A stretch of 64,000 bases of DNA from contig OZ176051.1 of NCBI GenBank assembly GCA_964247055.1, positions 1,240,001 to 1,304,000 of the forward strand, given 5' to 3'. Made by a program: the position numbers and the translations under genes. A model generated the notes under the pieces. That model saw nothing but the letters and a program-made list of their open reading frames with translations. It did no database searches and was not told where the DNA came from. Shown here one piece after another: positions 1 to 11,909 of the stretch. Origin of the DNA: Paragordius varius. Taxonomy: Eukaryota > Animalia > Nematomorpha. Position 1 is the stretch's first letter, and each line of letters begins with the position of its first letter.

Positions 1-690
1 TGTCATGTATCTAAACAAACAAAATTATATACGCATCTTCAAACAATAAAATATTTCCCATATCATTAAATAAAATTTAAATATAATTAACTTAGCCATA
101 CATCCTATATATTTCTTATTTATACAAAGATAAATTTGTTATAACATACACATGATATATGATAAAAAAAACTAAAAAATCATGTCACAAAAAATTGAAT
201 AATATAGATATGTAATCAATATGTGTATTAAAGTTGCCTTGATGCTTTTTAAAACTACTTTTTTTCACTAATATTATTTTGCCTGTGTGGATTTAAGTGA
301 GATCTATGAGACACTTAAATGTATATGGGATGTTTAAGCTAAGCTTATTTCTTAGGTGTGTTGCTAACATTCTTGTAAGTAAGTCTATTGAATTTCGTTT
401 CTCCTTACAACAATACAATATTAATTTTCTTAGGCGAGGGAGTAGGTAACTTAAATTCTTATAGATCCTATTCACACACGCAGTGAAGTAAGTTGATATT
501 TGATGGGTAAATTGAATGTATATTTATGAAACCTAGATAATAGTAAGAATAATGGATCTTAATTAGGTTCGAAGTGAATATTCTTTAATAAATTCTATAT
601 GATTTAAACTGAAAATCAATAAAAAAACTTACATCTAATGAAATACACAGTAATAAATAAATGGCAAGAGGAGATATCACACCAAATTGA

Positions 691-3267
691 TTATCGTCCA
701 CGATTTCCACCACCTAAAAAACATATGAGATTACTGTAAAGCTAAGAAAAAAACAATGTTAAAGATTAGGGGGAAACATATTTTTTGATTTATCTATGCG
801 TCGACATTTTTTTAGTAACCTATTGGCATCTCTATTTTTTACTTTCGACCCAAAACAATAGGAAATATGAAAAAATCAAGAAAACAAGGTTTTTCTAAAT
901 AATCCCATATTAATTATGTTAACCTTTTAATAATATGTCCGTAAAATTTCAATTAGATCCAAATAAGAAAAAAAATAAAAATAACCTCTGCGATTGCCTC
1001 CGAAATTGTGATAAGGAGTTCCGCCCCCTCGTCCGCCAGACTTTCCGCCCCCTCGATTCCGGATGGGACCTCCTCCGCCGCCGGAACCCCAATTATTGCC
1101 TCCACCAAAATCGCCACCTGAATGCGCAAAAAAATATAAAAAGATTGTTTATCTTTGTAAAATAACTTGATGAATCTTCCTAAAAACTAATATGTTTCAT
1201 GGACTGAATTACCCAATTTATAATAAATGTGTATTTAGTATTGTTTTCACAAACATAAATAATTAATTTTAAATAAAACAGTTTCGATTTGCCATATAAA
1301 TTGAATAATCAAGTACAAACTATCGCATATTTAATAAAATTCTTAACAAAAAAAATTTAAGTTAAATTTATATAAGTATTGACTCACTCATATTAAAGGA
1401 GGTATCAGACCCAGCACCACCAAAAAAGCCAGGAGATCCTCCGAAATCAGAACCTCCCCCTCCTCCCCCATTAAATCCGCCCCCATTTAAAGAAAAGGCA
1501 GGATTTCCGAAATTGCCAACGCCGCCAGCAGAACCGTTTCCCATCATACCACCCCCGGGTGGGCCGCCAAATCCTTGCATCATGGCTAAAATTTTATTTA
1601 TAAAATCTTTTTTTATAATCGAAAAAACCAAACCATATTGTTTGAAAAAAACCGTAAAAATGAAATTTAAAGGCATACAATTTTTTTTTCAAATAGAAAT
1701 TATATTTTTAATGAATATATTGTTTAAAATTGCGAACTTAATTCTATAATCCCAATTATCATGAAAAATAGAAGATTTTCTTAATCTTAAAATATCCTTC
1801 ATTTTTAGAAATTATCAATTTTTAAAAAAAAGCTAAAAATTATTTAAAGTGTAGAAAAACCCTCACCATTTGGATTACAAGCCGCGGCAGCTGCAGCAAT
1901 CTGTTGCATGAAACCGTTTGAACCAAACATCATTGACTGCAAACTATTAAAGTCAAAACCGCCCCCAGGTCCTCCCCCATTCGGACCGTCAAAGAAATTG
2001 TTATCTGGGAAATAAGTTACAAAAAAAAATTAAAAAGAGATGTTCTTTTAAAACAGCCTACTTTTTTAAACCCTGACATTTTCTATATTACTTTTATGAT
2101 AACTAATGTAGTATACATTAGCCTGTTACCAATTTACATGTTAAATTTTATTAGCTAAAATGATAAGTAATTAAAAAATATGGTTGTCTTTTTTTTAAGA
2201 AAAAAAATTTTACGTTTTGTCCTTATAGTTTTAATTTATTTTGTAAAAATCAAAGCAAATATTTTATGTATAAAATTAAACTTACTGTTGAAAGGCTGAT
2301 TGTAATGATCTGGTGGTCCGCCTGAATTATAATTGTTGTAGCCTTGATCTATACAAACAATGAATATTCATTAAAAAACAGGAATTACGTTTTTATAACA
2401 AATTATAGGAGAAACAAGTGAGATGATTTTATTTTCATTGTATGAAAACTTAAAAATCAAATTACAAAAATGTATATTATTTACATCGACTTTGGGTCCC
2501 AGCTTTTGCCATAACTTTGTTTCGTTCTTCTTTACTTAAAGCTTTAGTAACATTGAGACGATGTCCGTTAACTTCATGATTTTTGTGCACTAAACGAAAG
2601 AATGTGCTTGATAAATATTATTTGTGGAAAAATATTTTAGCAAACAACTTACAAACAACTTTATCAACGGCGTCATAATCATCGAATTGAACAAAAGCAA
2701 ACCCTCGACGATTTCCGCTGTCATCATATTTGATTTCTGCATCCGTTACTGTTCCATAAGATGAAAAATAATTTTTTAAATCCTCTTCTGATATGGACGG
2801 ATCTTTAACTCCAGTAATGTAAATTTTACTGGACGATACAAACAATTCATTCTTATCAGCTTCCTATAAATACGATGATATTTAACTAAATTAAAAAATA
2901 AATATCAGATAATTAAAAAAATAAACTAATATTAAAAAACATATAATATAAGGAAAAACTTTATATTATATTAGCTCACCCCTCTGGGGACTGCCCTTTT
3001 TGGATCAACATCTCGGTCATCAATTCTATGTGGGCGAGCACTCATAGCTTTTTCAACAGATTCTTCATCCTTGAATGTTATAAAACCAAATCCTCGGGAT
3101 TTTTTGGTATAAGAATCTTTCATGACAACAAAATCAATAATTTCCCCCCATTGACTATAATAATCTCTAAGTCCTTCATCGGTTGTGCTAAGATTTAAGC
3201 CACCAATAAATATTTTTCGATTAGATTCATTTTCAACGAATTCCTTTGGTGGTCGACGAGGTCCCAT
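691..3267 (-). CDS. HNRNPA1: hnRNP A/B family RNA-binding protein (2 RRMs + Gly-rich tail), about 8 exons
   Basis: Exon 1 3267-2980 has RRM1 (KIFIGGL, RGFGFITF); exon 2 2863-2653 has RRM2 (KIYITGV, RGFAFVQFDDYDAVDKVV); later exons from 2589 read LHKNHEVNGHRLNVTKAL, then Gly/Asn/Phe-rich exons end GGGNRGR* at 691. GT-AG junctions keep frame. Symbol is family-level only. Confidence 0.9.
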
Positions 3268-3919
3268 TTTTAGATGATGCGATTGTTTACAAATAAACCA
3301 ATGTGTGAATTAAAATAAAAAATAATAATTTTACAAATTTTAGGGATCACATTATTTTTATTTCATATTTAAAACAACTTTAATTAAAAATATATGTTTT
3401 TATTTTATAAAAATGCCATTTTTAGATAAAGTAAAGCTTTGTTTATTTTTCTTAATAGCATCATGATAACGGTAATGATGTTAAATTTAATCACTTTAAA
3501 AATATTGATATAATTTTTTTTATAATTTTTGAAGTATTAGGAATGTAAAGCCGTTTAAATTATTTTTATAAATTTAATATATTAAATTATTGAGAAAGAT
3601 TGAAAAGCAATTTATGCGTTTTTATAAAATTTTGCTTTGATACTTAATTTAAGAATGTCTAACAATCTAACTTTTTAAATTTATTGTTGAAGAGTTCGCT
3701 TATTAAATCCCAAAACATTTGGGATATAATAATGTATAACAATGTTATACTTTTTATAAGTGAAAATTTGGCGATTTTCGTTTATAGAGAGACCAGGGGC
3801 GAATATATTGACACTCTTATTTGAAATTTTACTTAGAAAATTTGAAATTTGAATATCCGAAAAAGTATAAAAGGTAAAACTAATTAAAAAATATGCTTTA
3901 TTTTGCCTTTTATGCGCAT

Positions 3920-4030
3920 TAACACCTCTTTTCAAACTGGGATATCTAAATACACCAGGCAATATTTTTATTTGGTATTTTAGAAAATTACTGAAAGAAA
4001 CGGAGTTTATTATGTTTTGTTTTTATATTT
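3920..4030. repeat. Dispersed repeat (family B) with GGGATATCTAAATACACC-type hairpin core
   Basis: Similar to 34420-34500 and, inverted, to about 35130-35200 (ACTGAA(A/G)GAAAC and GGGTATCTAAATACCCC motifs). Boundaries approximate. Confidence 0.55.
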
Positions 4031-4199
4031 AGCTTATGCACACATGTAATGTTGACAAAATTTTTACCTTAGGGTCATAGAATATTAAATTCTTCTTTTT
4101 ATATCGGTTTATTATTGCTTTATAGGCGCCAACCTTTGCCATAGTTTCATCATTTTATTCAATTTAAATATTAAATTTAAGCAACCTGAGGTATACAAC

Positions 4200-4570
4200 G
4201 GCCCTAATTTGAATCGAACCACTGAACTCAATGTGTTGTATTTAGGGTTATATTTCCATTTTTTTTCGATAGTTTTTTAACTAATGAAACAAGCAAATAA
4301 ATATATAATATGGTGAGAAAATGCAAATTTATAACTTCAAAAATTCAGGCTTTTTTTACCAGCAAAAACTGGATTTATTTTGATTAAATATGAGCTGTTC
4401 ATTTCGATAGTCTTTTCGTGCCCCAATTTCCTTTAGAAGTCACAATGTAAAAATTTAAGCTTTTTTAAAATAACTTCCGAAACTGTACAGTTTTTTGAGC
4501 ACTGGAATAAAAAACTACCGCAAAAGGCTAGACAAAAGAGTAGAAAGATAATGAAGTTTAATACTTCCCA
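4200..4570. repeat. Dispersed non-coding repeat (family A)
   Basis: Shares the blocks CAGGCT..TTTTACCAGCAAAAA, AGCTGTT, TAGAAGTCACAA and AAAAT(T/A)TAAGC with copies at about 30340-30860 and 31780-32270. Boundaries approximate. Confidence 0.65.
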
Positions 4571-4937
4571 GGCCTTGTGATTCATTATACATTTTTGTAT
4601 CAAATATTCAATATTTTGCCCTCTAAAAGTCAGACTGGTTTTTTAATTACATTTAATCGTTTTGACTAAGTTACTGGTATACGCATGTTGGAGGTAAATA
4701 TTATTTATAATTTTAATTTTATGTGTTAAAAGAGTAAAGCCTATTTATCAACTGATAATATTAGCCGGATTTGTAATTATACAATATTGGATATGTTAAT
4801 TAAATAAATAAAAGCATGGATCAATATTTAGCATGGCAATAGATTATATAAAAACGGTTATTTAGTATTTTACACTTCAGAATGTAATAATATTACTATC
4901 TGAGTTTGTCTAATATATCAATTCATTCACATTTGCC

Positions 4938-6494
4938 ATGAGTTCAATAGGGACCGGGGTATAATTCGATATAATATGTAGTATGATCTCTCAGCCTCTC
5001 AATTTTCTCCGGATGGCCGAATCTTTCAAATAGAATATGCTCTTAAAGCTGTGGAAAATAGCTGGTATTGATAAATTATAATTTTGTTTTAGCACTGCTT
5101 TAGGCATAAGAACCAAAGATGGTGTTATTCTTGCTGTTGAAAAGCCACTACTGTCCAAATTGTATGAGGATTCTTCCAATTCTCGATTGTTTAATATCGA
5201 TTTGCATGTTGGGATGGTTGTTGCGGGACTTTTAGCAGACGCTAATCAGGTGGTCGATGTTGCCCGAGAAGAGGCCGCTAATCACAGAAAAAGACTCGGC
5301 TGTCCGATTCCAATCAAAGTTTTTTTTATTTGATTAAATTTTGATAATTATTTAATTTTTAAAAAAATAAATCTACAAATATTTAAACGATTTTACATAA
5401 CGGACATTATGTATATTTAGTATTTAGTCAAACGATTGGCTCAATACTTCCATGCTTATACGTTATACAGTGCTGTGAGACCTTTTGCTTGTAGTGTCAT
5501 TTTAGGCGGTTGGTCTCCAGAAAACGGACCAGAGCTCTATTCTATTGAGCCATCTGGGATTGCATTGGTATATTTATATTTTTTATAAACTAAAGCAGGT
5601 TTTTAAGTATTTCAAATTTGTTCGAAATTTTGTTTTATCAAAATTAGGTTCAATAATTTATTATTAAAAGAGATTTTTTTAACCTAGACTTTTATCATAT
5701 CGTTTTGTGTCGCAAAATAATAGAAATGTAAATGGTAATACTCTCAATTACATATTTAATTGCAATGTTATTTAATTTATTAAAATACCAAGACTTTGAA
5801 AAGTCCTTTTAAAATTATTTGTCTTTTATACGTTTTGACTGATTTTCGATATTTACTGTATTTTATATCCATTAAAAGCTTATATTTTGCTAATGCGATA
5901 TTTAAATTATAATAATTTATATAATACAGGGATATTATGCTTGTGCGATTGGGAAGGCGAAACAGAATGCTAAAACAGAATTTGAGAAATATAAAGTATG
6001 AGATTTGATTTTTGATTGTTTTTATATAGTTTCAAGATATCCAAATGAATGAATGTGTCAAAGATGCCTTTAAAATGTAAATTTTTCAAATTATTTCGGT
6101 TTTAATACTTTTTTTTATAATAACTCTCTTGTTGGCAATTTAGTTTATTAACCATACACGACGAAGTTAAAGATAAAGACAACTACATTGTGGAGATTGG
6201 ATGGTGTGGGAAAGGTTACAAATTTTATTTTAAACAATAATTTATTTTAAATATATAATTATCCTTAAATATTTATTTTGATCATTTTTAGACACAAAAG
6301 GTCTCCATCACAAAATTCCCAAGGCGATTTATGATGAGGCTCAACGAATCGCTAAAGTAACTTTTTCGTATTTCAATTTTTGGAAAATTGCAAATTTTCA
6401 AAACCATGTTTTACCTTTTGTTATGATTTTTTATCAAATATTTTAGGAATCTATGAAAGAATCCGACGACGAAGAAGATATGTCATTGGCATAA
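4938..6494 (+). CDS. PSMA3: 20S proteasome subunit alpha type-3 (alpha7), 9 exons
   Basis: Spliced translation [52 protein letters not shown]...[10 protein letters not shown]...[20 protein letters not shown]...IHDEVKDK...[11 protein letters not shown]. Needs introns 4959-4981 (23 nt), 5065-5092 (28 nt) and 5996-6029 (34 nt), plus longer ones. Confidence 0.95.
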
Positions 6495-6684
6495 ACAATT
6501 TGCATATATAAATAAATAAATTCTTTATGTAAATTTTTGATTATTTTTTTGCTGTTAATTTTATTTATTTTTGAACGCTTTATTTACGACGTATCGACTT
6601 TTTAGTTAATAGTTTTATTGGTTAAACTCAAAAACTCATAAATAAAAAAATTTACTTCAACATATTTGCTTGATATTATAGGCA

Positions 6685-7560
6685 GATAGGTAGGTTATTT
6701 CTTAGATCGAGTTTAACTCCTTGGAGATAAAAATAACTAATTTCCTCGAATTGTCTCTTTTCCATGCTATTCCCTTTAATTTGTCTATAAATCTACCAAA
6801 TATCTTTTACAGTGTCGAGCCATCTTAACATCAATCGTCCTTTTCCCTTCAACTCTCCCAAAAATCAAATCCTTCTCAAGGGATGTACTTCTTAAAATGT
6901 GACCAATATACGTTAACCTTCTTTTTATTATGACCATAAAATGACTCAATATTTAATTTTTATCATATTATTTCATTCTTAACCTTGTCATACTTATATT
7001 CTACATTCTCTTTCAACACCACATTTCAAATGCTGCAATCCTTTTTTATCATTCAGTTTTAATGTCCAACTTCGGCAGCATAAGTCACTACTGGAAAAAC
7101 CATGGATTTTATTACTCTCACTTTAGTTTTCATAATGATATCTTTCCTTTTACATAATTTTGTCAACTCGTTCGCAGCTGATTTCCTTAATGCTATGCGG
7201 CGTTTGGTATCTGGCGTGAGGAGCTGTTAGTATTTATTTGAGAGCCTAAGAATAGGATTTTATTTACTACTTCTACTGGGGTGGCGTCTATGGTTATATT
7301 CGGTTTAATTTTTGATAAACTCATAATTTTGTTGTCTTAGAATTGATTACTTTCTTTTCTTACTAACCTTATTAAATAACTTTCTACATTATCTGCGAAC
7401 CTTAGATTTTTAATCCTTCTTCCCATATTAGACTTCCAGTAACTTCATGTACTTTTCTCATGATCAATTCTGTGCAAATGCTAAACAAGTATGGTGAGAG
7501 GCAACATTTAAACACCTTTCTTTACTATCCATTGGTTCTGCCCACCGGGGTTTGTAGTAA
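6685..7560 (-). mobile_element. Degenerate RTE-clade LINE 3' fragment
   Basis: Minus-strand translation with stops and frameshifts shows RT motifs (CCLSPYLF, KNLRFADN) and the RTE C-terminal region (RRIAL...VFPVVTYAAE, KRIAAFEMWC, LEKDLIFG). Confidence 0.8.
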
Positions 7561-7569
7561 GGCTTTTTG

Positions 7570-8012
7570 ATTTTCATATAAATTTTTAAGCAAGGTTATA
7601 AGTCTTACTCCAAACTTTGCCACATATGTATTTCTGGTAGCGATTTATGCTACAGAATTGGATATTAAAATTGAATAATAAAAAAAGGATTGTAGTATTT
7701 AAAATGTGATGTTGGAGGATGTTTAATATAAGGCTGTCTGACAAGGTTAAGAATGAAACAATAAGAGAAAAATTAAATATTAAGAGTAACTTAATGGGAG
7801 GTATAATAAAAAGAAAGTTTACATACATAGGGCACATTTTATGAAGTACATCCCTTGAGAAGGATATAATTTTTGGGAAAGAAGGCAAATAGAAAAAAGG
7901 ACCAATGTCAAGTTGGTTCAACCTCAAAAGAAGAATTCTGGTAGATGAGGTGAATTAAAGGAAATAGCATAGGAAAGAGACAAGAGGGGGACCTAGGGAA
8001 TTACATATCTAC
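7570..8012 (+). mobile_element. Second RTE-clade LINE 3' fragment, opposite orientation
   Basis: Plus-strand translation reads DKVKNETIREKLNIK..IIKRKFTYIGHIL.STSLEKDIIFG; it is a diverged reverse complement of about 6685-7120. Confidence 0.75.
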
Positions 8013-8462
8013 CTTTGCGAATTCCAGTAAAAAGCAGCGTATAACAAATTTTTATGTTATATTTTGTTTACAATTCATCCATTATGTATTAAAAGGCTAC
8101 CGTAAATTTTAAAAGTGGAACCGAAATTAAAACATTTGACTAAAAAATAATAAAAATGTAACAGAAGAAAGAATTGACTTAGAATTAGAATAAAAACGGT
8201 TATTAATTCAATTTATACCCCGATGTTTTACTTTTATTCTGAAGGTATCTCCTGCGAATTAACGTTAGTTGTTCGATGATAGCTTTAATATAATTTGTCA
8301 TATATATATATATCCCGAAATATATATATTACGATTTATTTAAATAAATGCGCCAAAAATTTACAGAATTTTAATTTACTCAATTTCTTTCTTCCACGAA
8401 TGATTATTTTTAGCCATTCAATATCACATTATACTGAATCTCATAATAAAATGTGCATTATT

Positions 8463-10022
8463 TTAACCATCGTTTAGAAAATGATCGAAAATATTGCTTT
8501 TCCCTTTCCCGCGATCACCAGAAACGGAAGTCAGTTTGTTAAAAAAATCATGGAGTCTGGCATCGTTTGTGAAATGATCGCTTTTATAATGAAATGTCAT
8601 GTTTTCACATTTATAGTAACGATTTAGGGGGATGTATCGAAGATTGAGAATACTTCTAGCAACTATTCCGGTCCACATGACATCTTCGTTTTGTACGAGA
8701 GGAAACAATTGTGTTTGACTTTTAGCGTAGAAAAGGCGGGCAATGTTATGACTAAAAATGTAACCGAAACCCGAACAATACGGTGGATAAAATTTGGCTG
8801 AGAAAATGCTGTAATTCGCATAGTTTTTATTCTCAGGATCATGAATAACATCCATATTCTTCCATACGGAACAGTAAATGGTGGTATTTGAATGGGTGTA
8901 TCGCATTTCGCTGTAACCATTTGTCGGGATACCTAAATCTGTAGCTATTTCTTTTGTGTTTTCATCTTCTTTATCCGTATGTCGTTGTCGATATCCGGAA
9001 AAATGTGTATAGTAATGATCAAAGAAACTAATGTACGATAAAATGGTGTACAGGAAAATAGAATTTACACGAATGTCCGAATCAACTTTAAAGAATAGGA
9101 GTGTACTATCGGCTCTCTGTGGTTTGCAGTTCAGTGCTATCCATTTATACATGATTCCACTCTTTAAATACAAGTTTTGATAGGTGTCTGCAAAACTTGC
9201 CTGTACCAAATCCCCATACAGCAAGGATTCTATCCGCAATCTTGGGTGATAAATATTATAATTTTGGGAATAGCCAAGTATAAAAGCTACCTTAATATGT
9301 ATGTTTCTATTCCCATTTCTTAACACTGTTTTAACATAATTTGCAACTGAGATTGGAATACGATTCAAATGCCGTTTTTTGTTCCACACAGTATTCCGAA
9401 TAAATTTGGATGTTATGGTTTTGTTGGTCCATTTGGTGCGCATTTTGTTTCGATCACTAAAATCCTCAACTCTCGTAAAGATTAAAATAATAAGTCCAAC
9501 TGAATTGGAGGGAAATGTGCAAAAACTTGCGGATGGTTTTATCAAAAAATGACTCAAATTTTTAGGCAATATCGACATTAAGTTGCTTTCTGGTGGTGAT
9601 TCAGGAACGCCAATCGTAGTTAAATGTTGATTTTCGTTGCCTACCAAAGGGTTTGTGAACCTTACTATAATAAATTGATAGAAAAGAAGGGTGAGTCCCA
9701 TTAGAGAAAAAATCTTTGCCAAAGTATATTTAAGATTCATGAAGCTAGAACATATCGTTACTCCGTCTGGATAAAAAAGTGGTGAATTTGGCATCGGCAT
9801 AATGGTATTTTTTGGTTTCATTCCGCAGTTAAAATTTTTATTTCTTTTATTGGCATCATTATAATCCATTTCTTGCAGTCGTTGAGCCGTTTTATTACTT
9901 ATTTCAATTTTTGAGATCAATGGAACATGACACATATAATAGTTATTTGTTTTCTTATTATTAATAATGGCATATAATTTCGTTTTGTTAGCGGCTAAAC
10001 TTTGGTTTTCTTCACTTTCCAT
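8463..10022 (-). CDS. GT31 beta-1,3-galactosyltransferase-like type II membrane protein, intronless CDS
   Basis: 519-aa ORF with a hydrophobic anchor (IFSLMGLTLLFYQFIIV) and Galactosyl_T motifs: RNKMRTKW, DLVQASFADTYQNLYLKS, FFKVDSD (DxD), YPPYCSGFGYIFS, EDVMWTG. Confidence 0.9.
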   Translation of the reverse strand: MESEENQSLAANKTKLYAIINNKKTNNYYMCHVPLISKIEISNKTAQRLQEMDYNDANKRNKNFNCGMKPKNTIMPMPNSPLFYPDGVTICSSFMNLKYTLAKIFSLMGLTLLFYQFIIVRFTNPLVGNENQHLTTIGVPESPPESNLMSILPKNLSHFLIKPSASFCTFPSNSVGLIILIFTRVEDFSDRNKMRTKWTNKTITSKFIRNTVWNKKRHLNRIPISVANYVKTVLRNGNRNIHIKVAFILGYSQNYNIYHPRLRIESLLYGDLVQASFADTYQNLYLKSGIMYKWIALNCKPQRADSTLLFFKVDSDIRVNSIFLYTILSYISFFDHYYTHFSGYRQRHTDKEDENTKEIATDLGIPTNGYSEMRYTHSNTTIYCSVWKNMDVIHDPENKNYANYSIFSAKFYPPYCSGFGYIFSHNIARLFYAKSQTQLFPLVQNEDVMWTGIVARSILNLRYIPLNRYYKCENMTFHYKSDHFTNDARLHDFFNKLTSVSGDRGKGKSNIFDHFLNDG

Positions 10023-10510
10023 TCCGGAATAAAATATATCAGTGCGAGATGATAATTATTTTTATATCATACCTGGATATTTTTTTGCGCTAATAAACGC
10101 CCCCCGCCTTACGCCATATATAAATGTGAGCCTATTTATTACTATTTTAACATAAAAAAACACTTATTAGGATATAAGGAAGTTATCAATCGATTTAACA
10201 TATTATTCATTTTTATTATTAAATATAATGCATTTTGCTGACTCACCTTAGCAATTTCTAAGTCATCCGCCCATTGAATTAATTTATTCCATCAAAGCAC
10301 CTAAATATTCCTACTGCCTATAAAACCATTAGAATTTTTATTCATTCTACATTCAGGCGCAATATTATCATACATTAATAAATTTGTTGAATTTTGGATA
10401 TATAACAGATATTTATTATAAATAACATAATAATATTTACAAGATTAATAATATGCAGTGTAATTATAAAAAATAGTTTATCACAAATTTCAGTTGGACA
10501 AAATTATATG

Positions 10511-11392
10511 CTAAAATTCGCTACGTTCATTTTTGATATATGATAAAGTAGAATTATTGAGGTTTTTATGTGGAGGAAGTGTGTAAAGGTCCCAGGTATT
10601 AATGTAAACATAACGAGAAAATATAAGATATAAATATCTAAACCAAATTCGTTGACTGTGATGTTGATTAAAAGCTTTCCAAGTGCTTATAACACTTTTT
10701 GGATTACTATAAATTTTTAAACTGGCATTATGAATACCATCTGAACATACTAAACTTTGTAAGAGATCTATCAAAATATACAAGAATGATATATATTTTT
10801 GATATATGGAAACCGATCGTAAAACATATATATAAGGTTGATGTTTATAATCCAAAAAACGTTGAAACAATGTAGTTAGCTCAGGTAATGAATAATAAAT
10901 TGACCGATGATTTATATGGCCACTAATACCATACTCATCAAATGTAAAGATAGAAAAATTTGCAAAAGGATTTGTTCGATAACTGTTTAACAATTTAAAA
11001 GACATCAAAAGAGTGTCAAAAATTTGGCTGGCCACTTGATTTGAATCATAAGGCGTATCGGGCTGGTCAGTAAAATTTAAAATAGCTATATTGTCGGGAT
11101 TTATTCGATAGAAAAGCTGAGAAGAGTTATAAAGTTCCAATATTCTATCATTACCACGATGGTAAAAATTCCCATTGGTCAAACAGATAAGGTAAATAGA
11201 AAAATTTTTGTCACCAAAAAGATTATTGGAAAAATGGTAAAGGGTCGGTGAAAAGAATAAAATTTCGTCATCAGGATGGGCAAATATGAAAACTAGATTT
11301 TGACTTTTAATATCTTTCCATGGACGAAATTTATTATGAAAATATTTTAACAGCAAAACAACAAAAATTGGTAAAATTAAACTAATTTTCAT
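10511..11392 (-). CDS. PIGL: GlcNAc-PI de-N-acetylase (GPI anchor biosynthesis), intronless
   Basis: N-terminal TM (ISLILPIFVVLLLKYF), catalytic AHPDDE, LTNGN, FTFDEYGISGHINH, and C-terminal HHSQRIWFRYLYLIFSRYVYIN. ATG at 11392 is the only Met before AHPDD. Confidence 0.93.
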   Translation of the reverse strand: MKISLILPIFVVLLLKYFHNKFRPWKDIKSQNLVFIFAHPDDEILFFSPTLYHFSNNLFGDKNFSIYLICLTNGNFYHRGNDRILELYNSSQLFYRINPDNIAILNFTDQPDTPYDSNQVASQIFDTLLMSFKLLNSYRTNPFANFSIFTFDEYGISGHINHRSIYYSLPELTTLFQRFLDYKHQPYIYVLRSVSIYQKYISFLYILIDLLQSLVCSDGIHNASLKIYSNPKSVISTWKAFNQHHSQRIWFRYLYLIFSRYVYINTWDLYTLPPHKNLNNSTLSYIKNERSEF

Positions 11393-11909
11393 TTGAGGAT
11401 AATGAATTGTGAATAGTATTTGATAATGTTTGAGCTTCGGATAAGGCTAATCTCAACTCTTGAGCGGCTTCTTCGTTTTGCGTTTGTAAAACGTGAAAAA
11501 TTTTATTTGATTTATTAATATCGTTTGGGAGTTCGGAGGGAAGGTGTGATATAAGAGTAGATATATCTTTGACTTTTTTTGCAATTAGTTTGGAAAAAAG
11601 GGATGGATAATCAGAATCTTGATTTTCGGACAATTTTTCTTTTTCATCGGGAGATTTTATGTTTTTATTGGATGCATTATGGTTGTAATTTTCCAAGGCA
11701 ATATCTGCCGATAAAGTTCCGGAGCTTTTAAAATTTTGGTAAATATCTGTGGCCAATGCGGAATCAGGTTGAATATCAAGCAATTCACAATATTTTTGTT
11801 TTAGTTTAGAGGGTCCATCAACTTGTTGTTGTATAATCCCGATGGCATTGCACATATTTTCTGCTAGCTCGTTTATGGCATCTTGTAATTGCGTTATCAA
11901 ATCAGCCAT
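11382..11909 (-). CDS. MED21: Mediator subunit 21 (Srb7), intronless
   Basis: N-terminus MADLITQLQDAINELAENMCNAIGIIQQ; C-terminal half FSKLIAKKVKDISTLISHLPSE...LQTQNEEAAQEL. Both halves match the MED21 pattern. Confidence 0.92.
   Translation of the reverse strand: MADLITQLQDAINELAENMCNAIGIIQQQVDGPSKLKQKYCELLDIQPDSALATDIYQNFKSSGTLSADIALENYNHNASNKNIKSPDEKEKLSENQDSDYPSLFSKLIAKKVKDISTLISHLPSELPNDINKSNKIFHVLQTQNEEAAQELRLALSEAQTLSNTIHNSLSSNEN

Noticed and set aside
935-1749. Plus-strand ORFs 935-1165 and 1513-1749
   Set aside because: Antisense shadows of the Gly-rich hnRNP exons.
3681-3962. 93-aa minus-strand ORF between hnRNP and PSMA3
   Set aside because: Starts inside a dispersed repeat and has intergenic-like composition.
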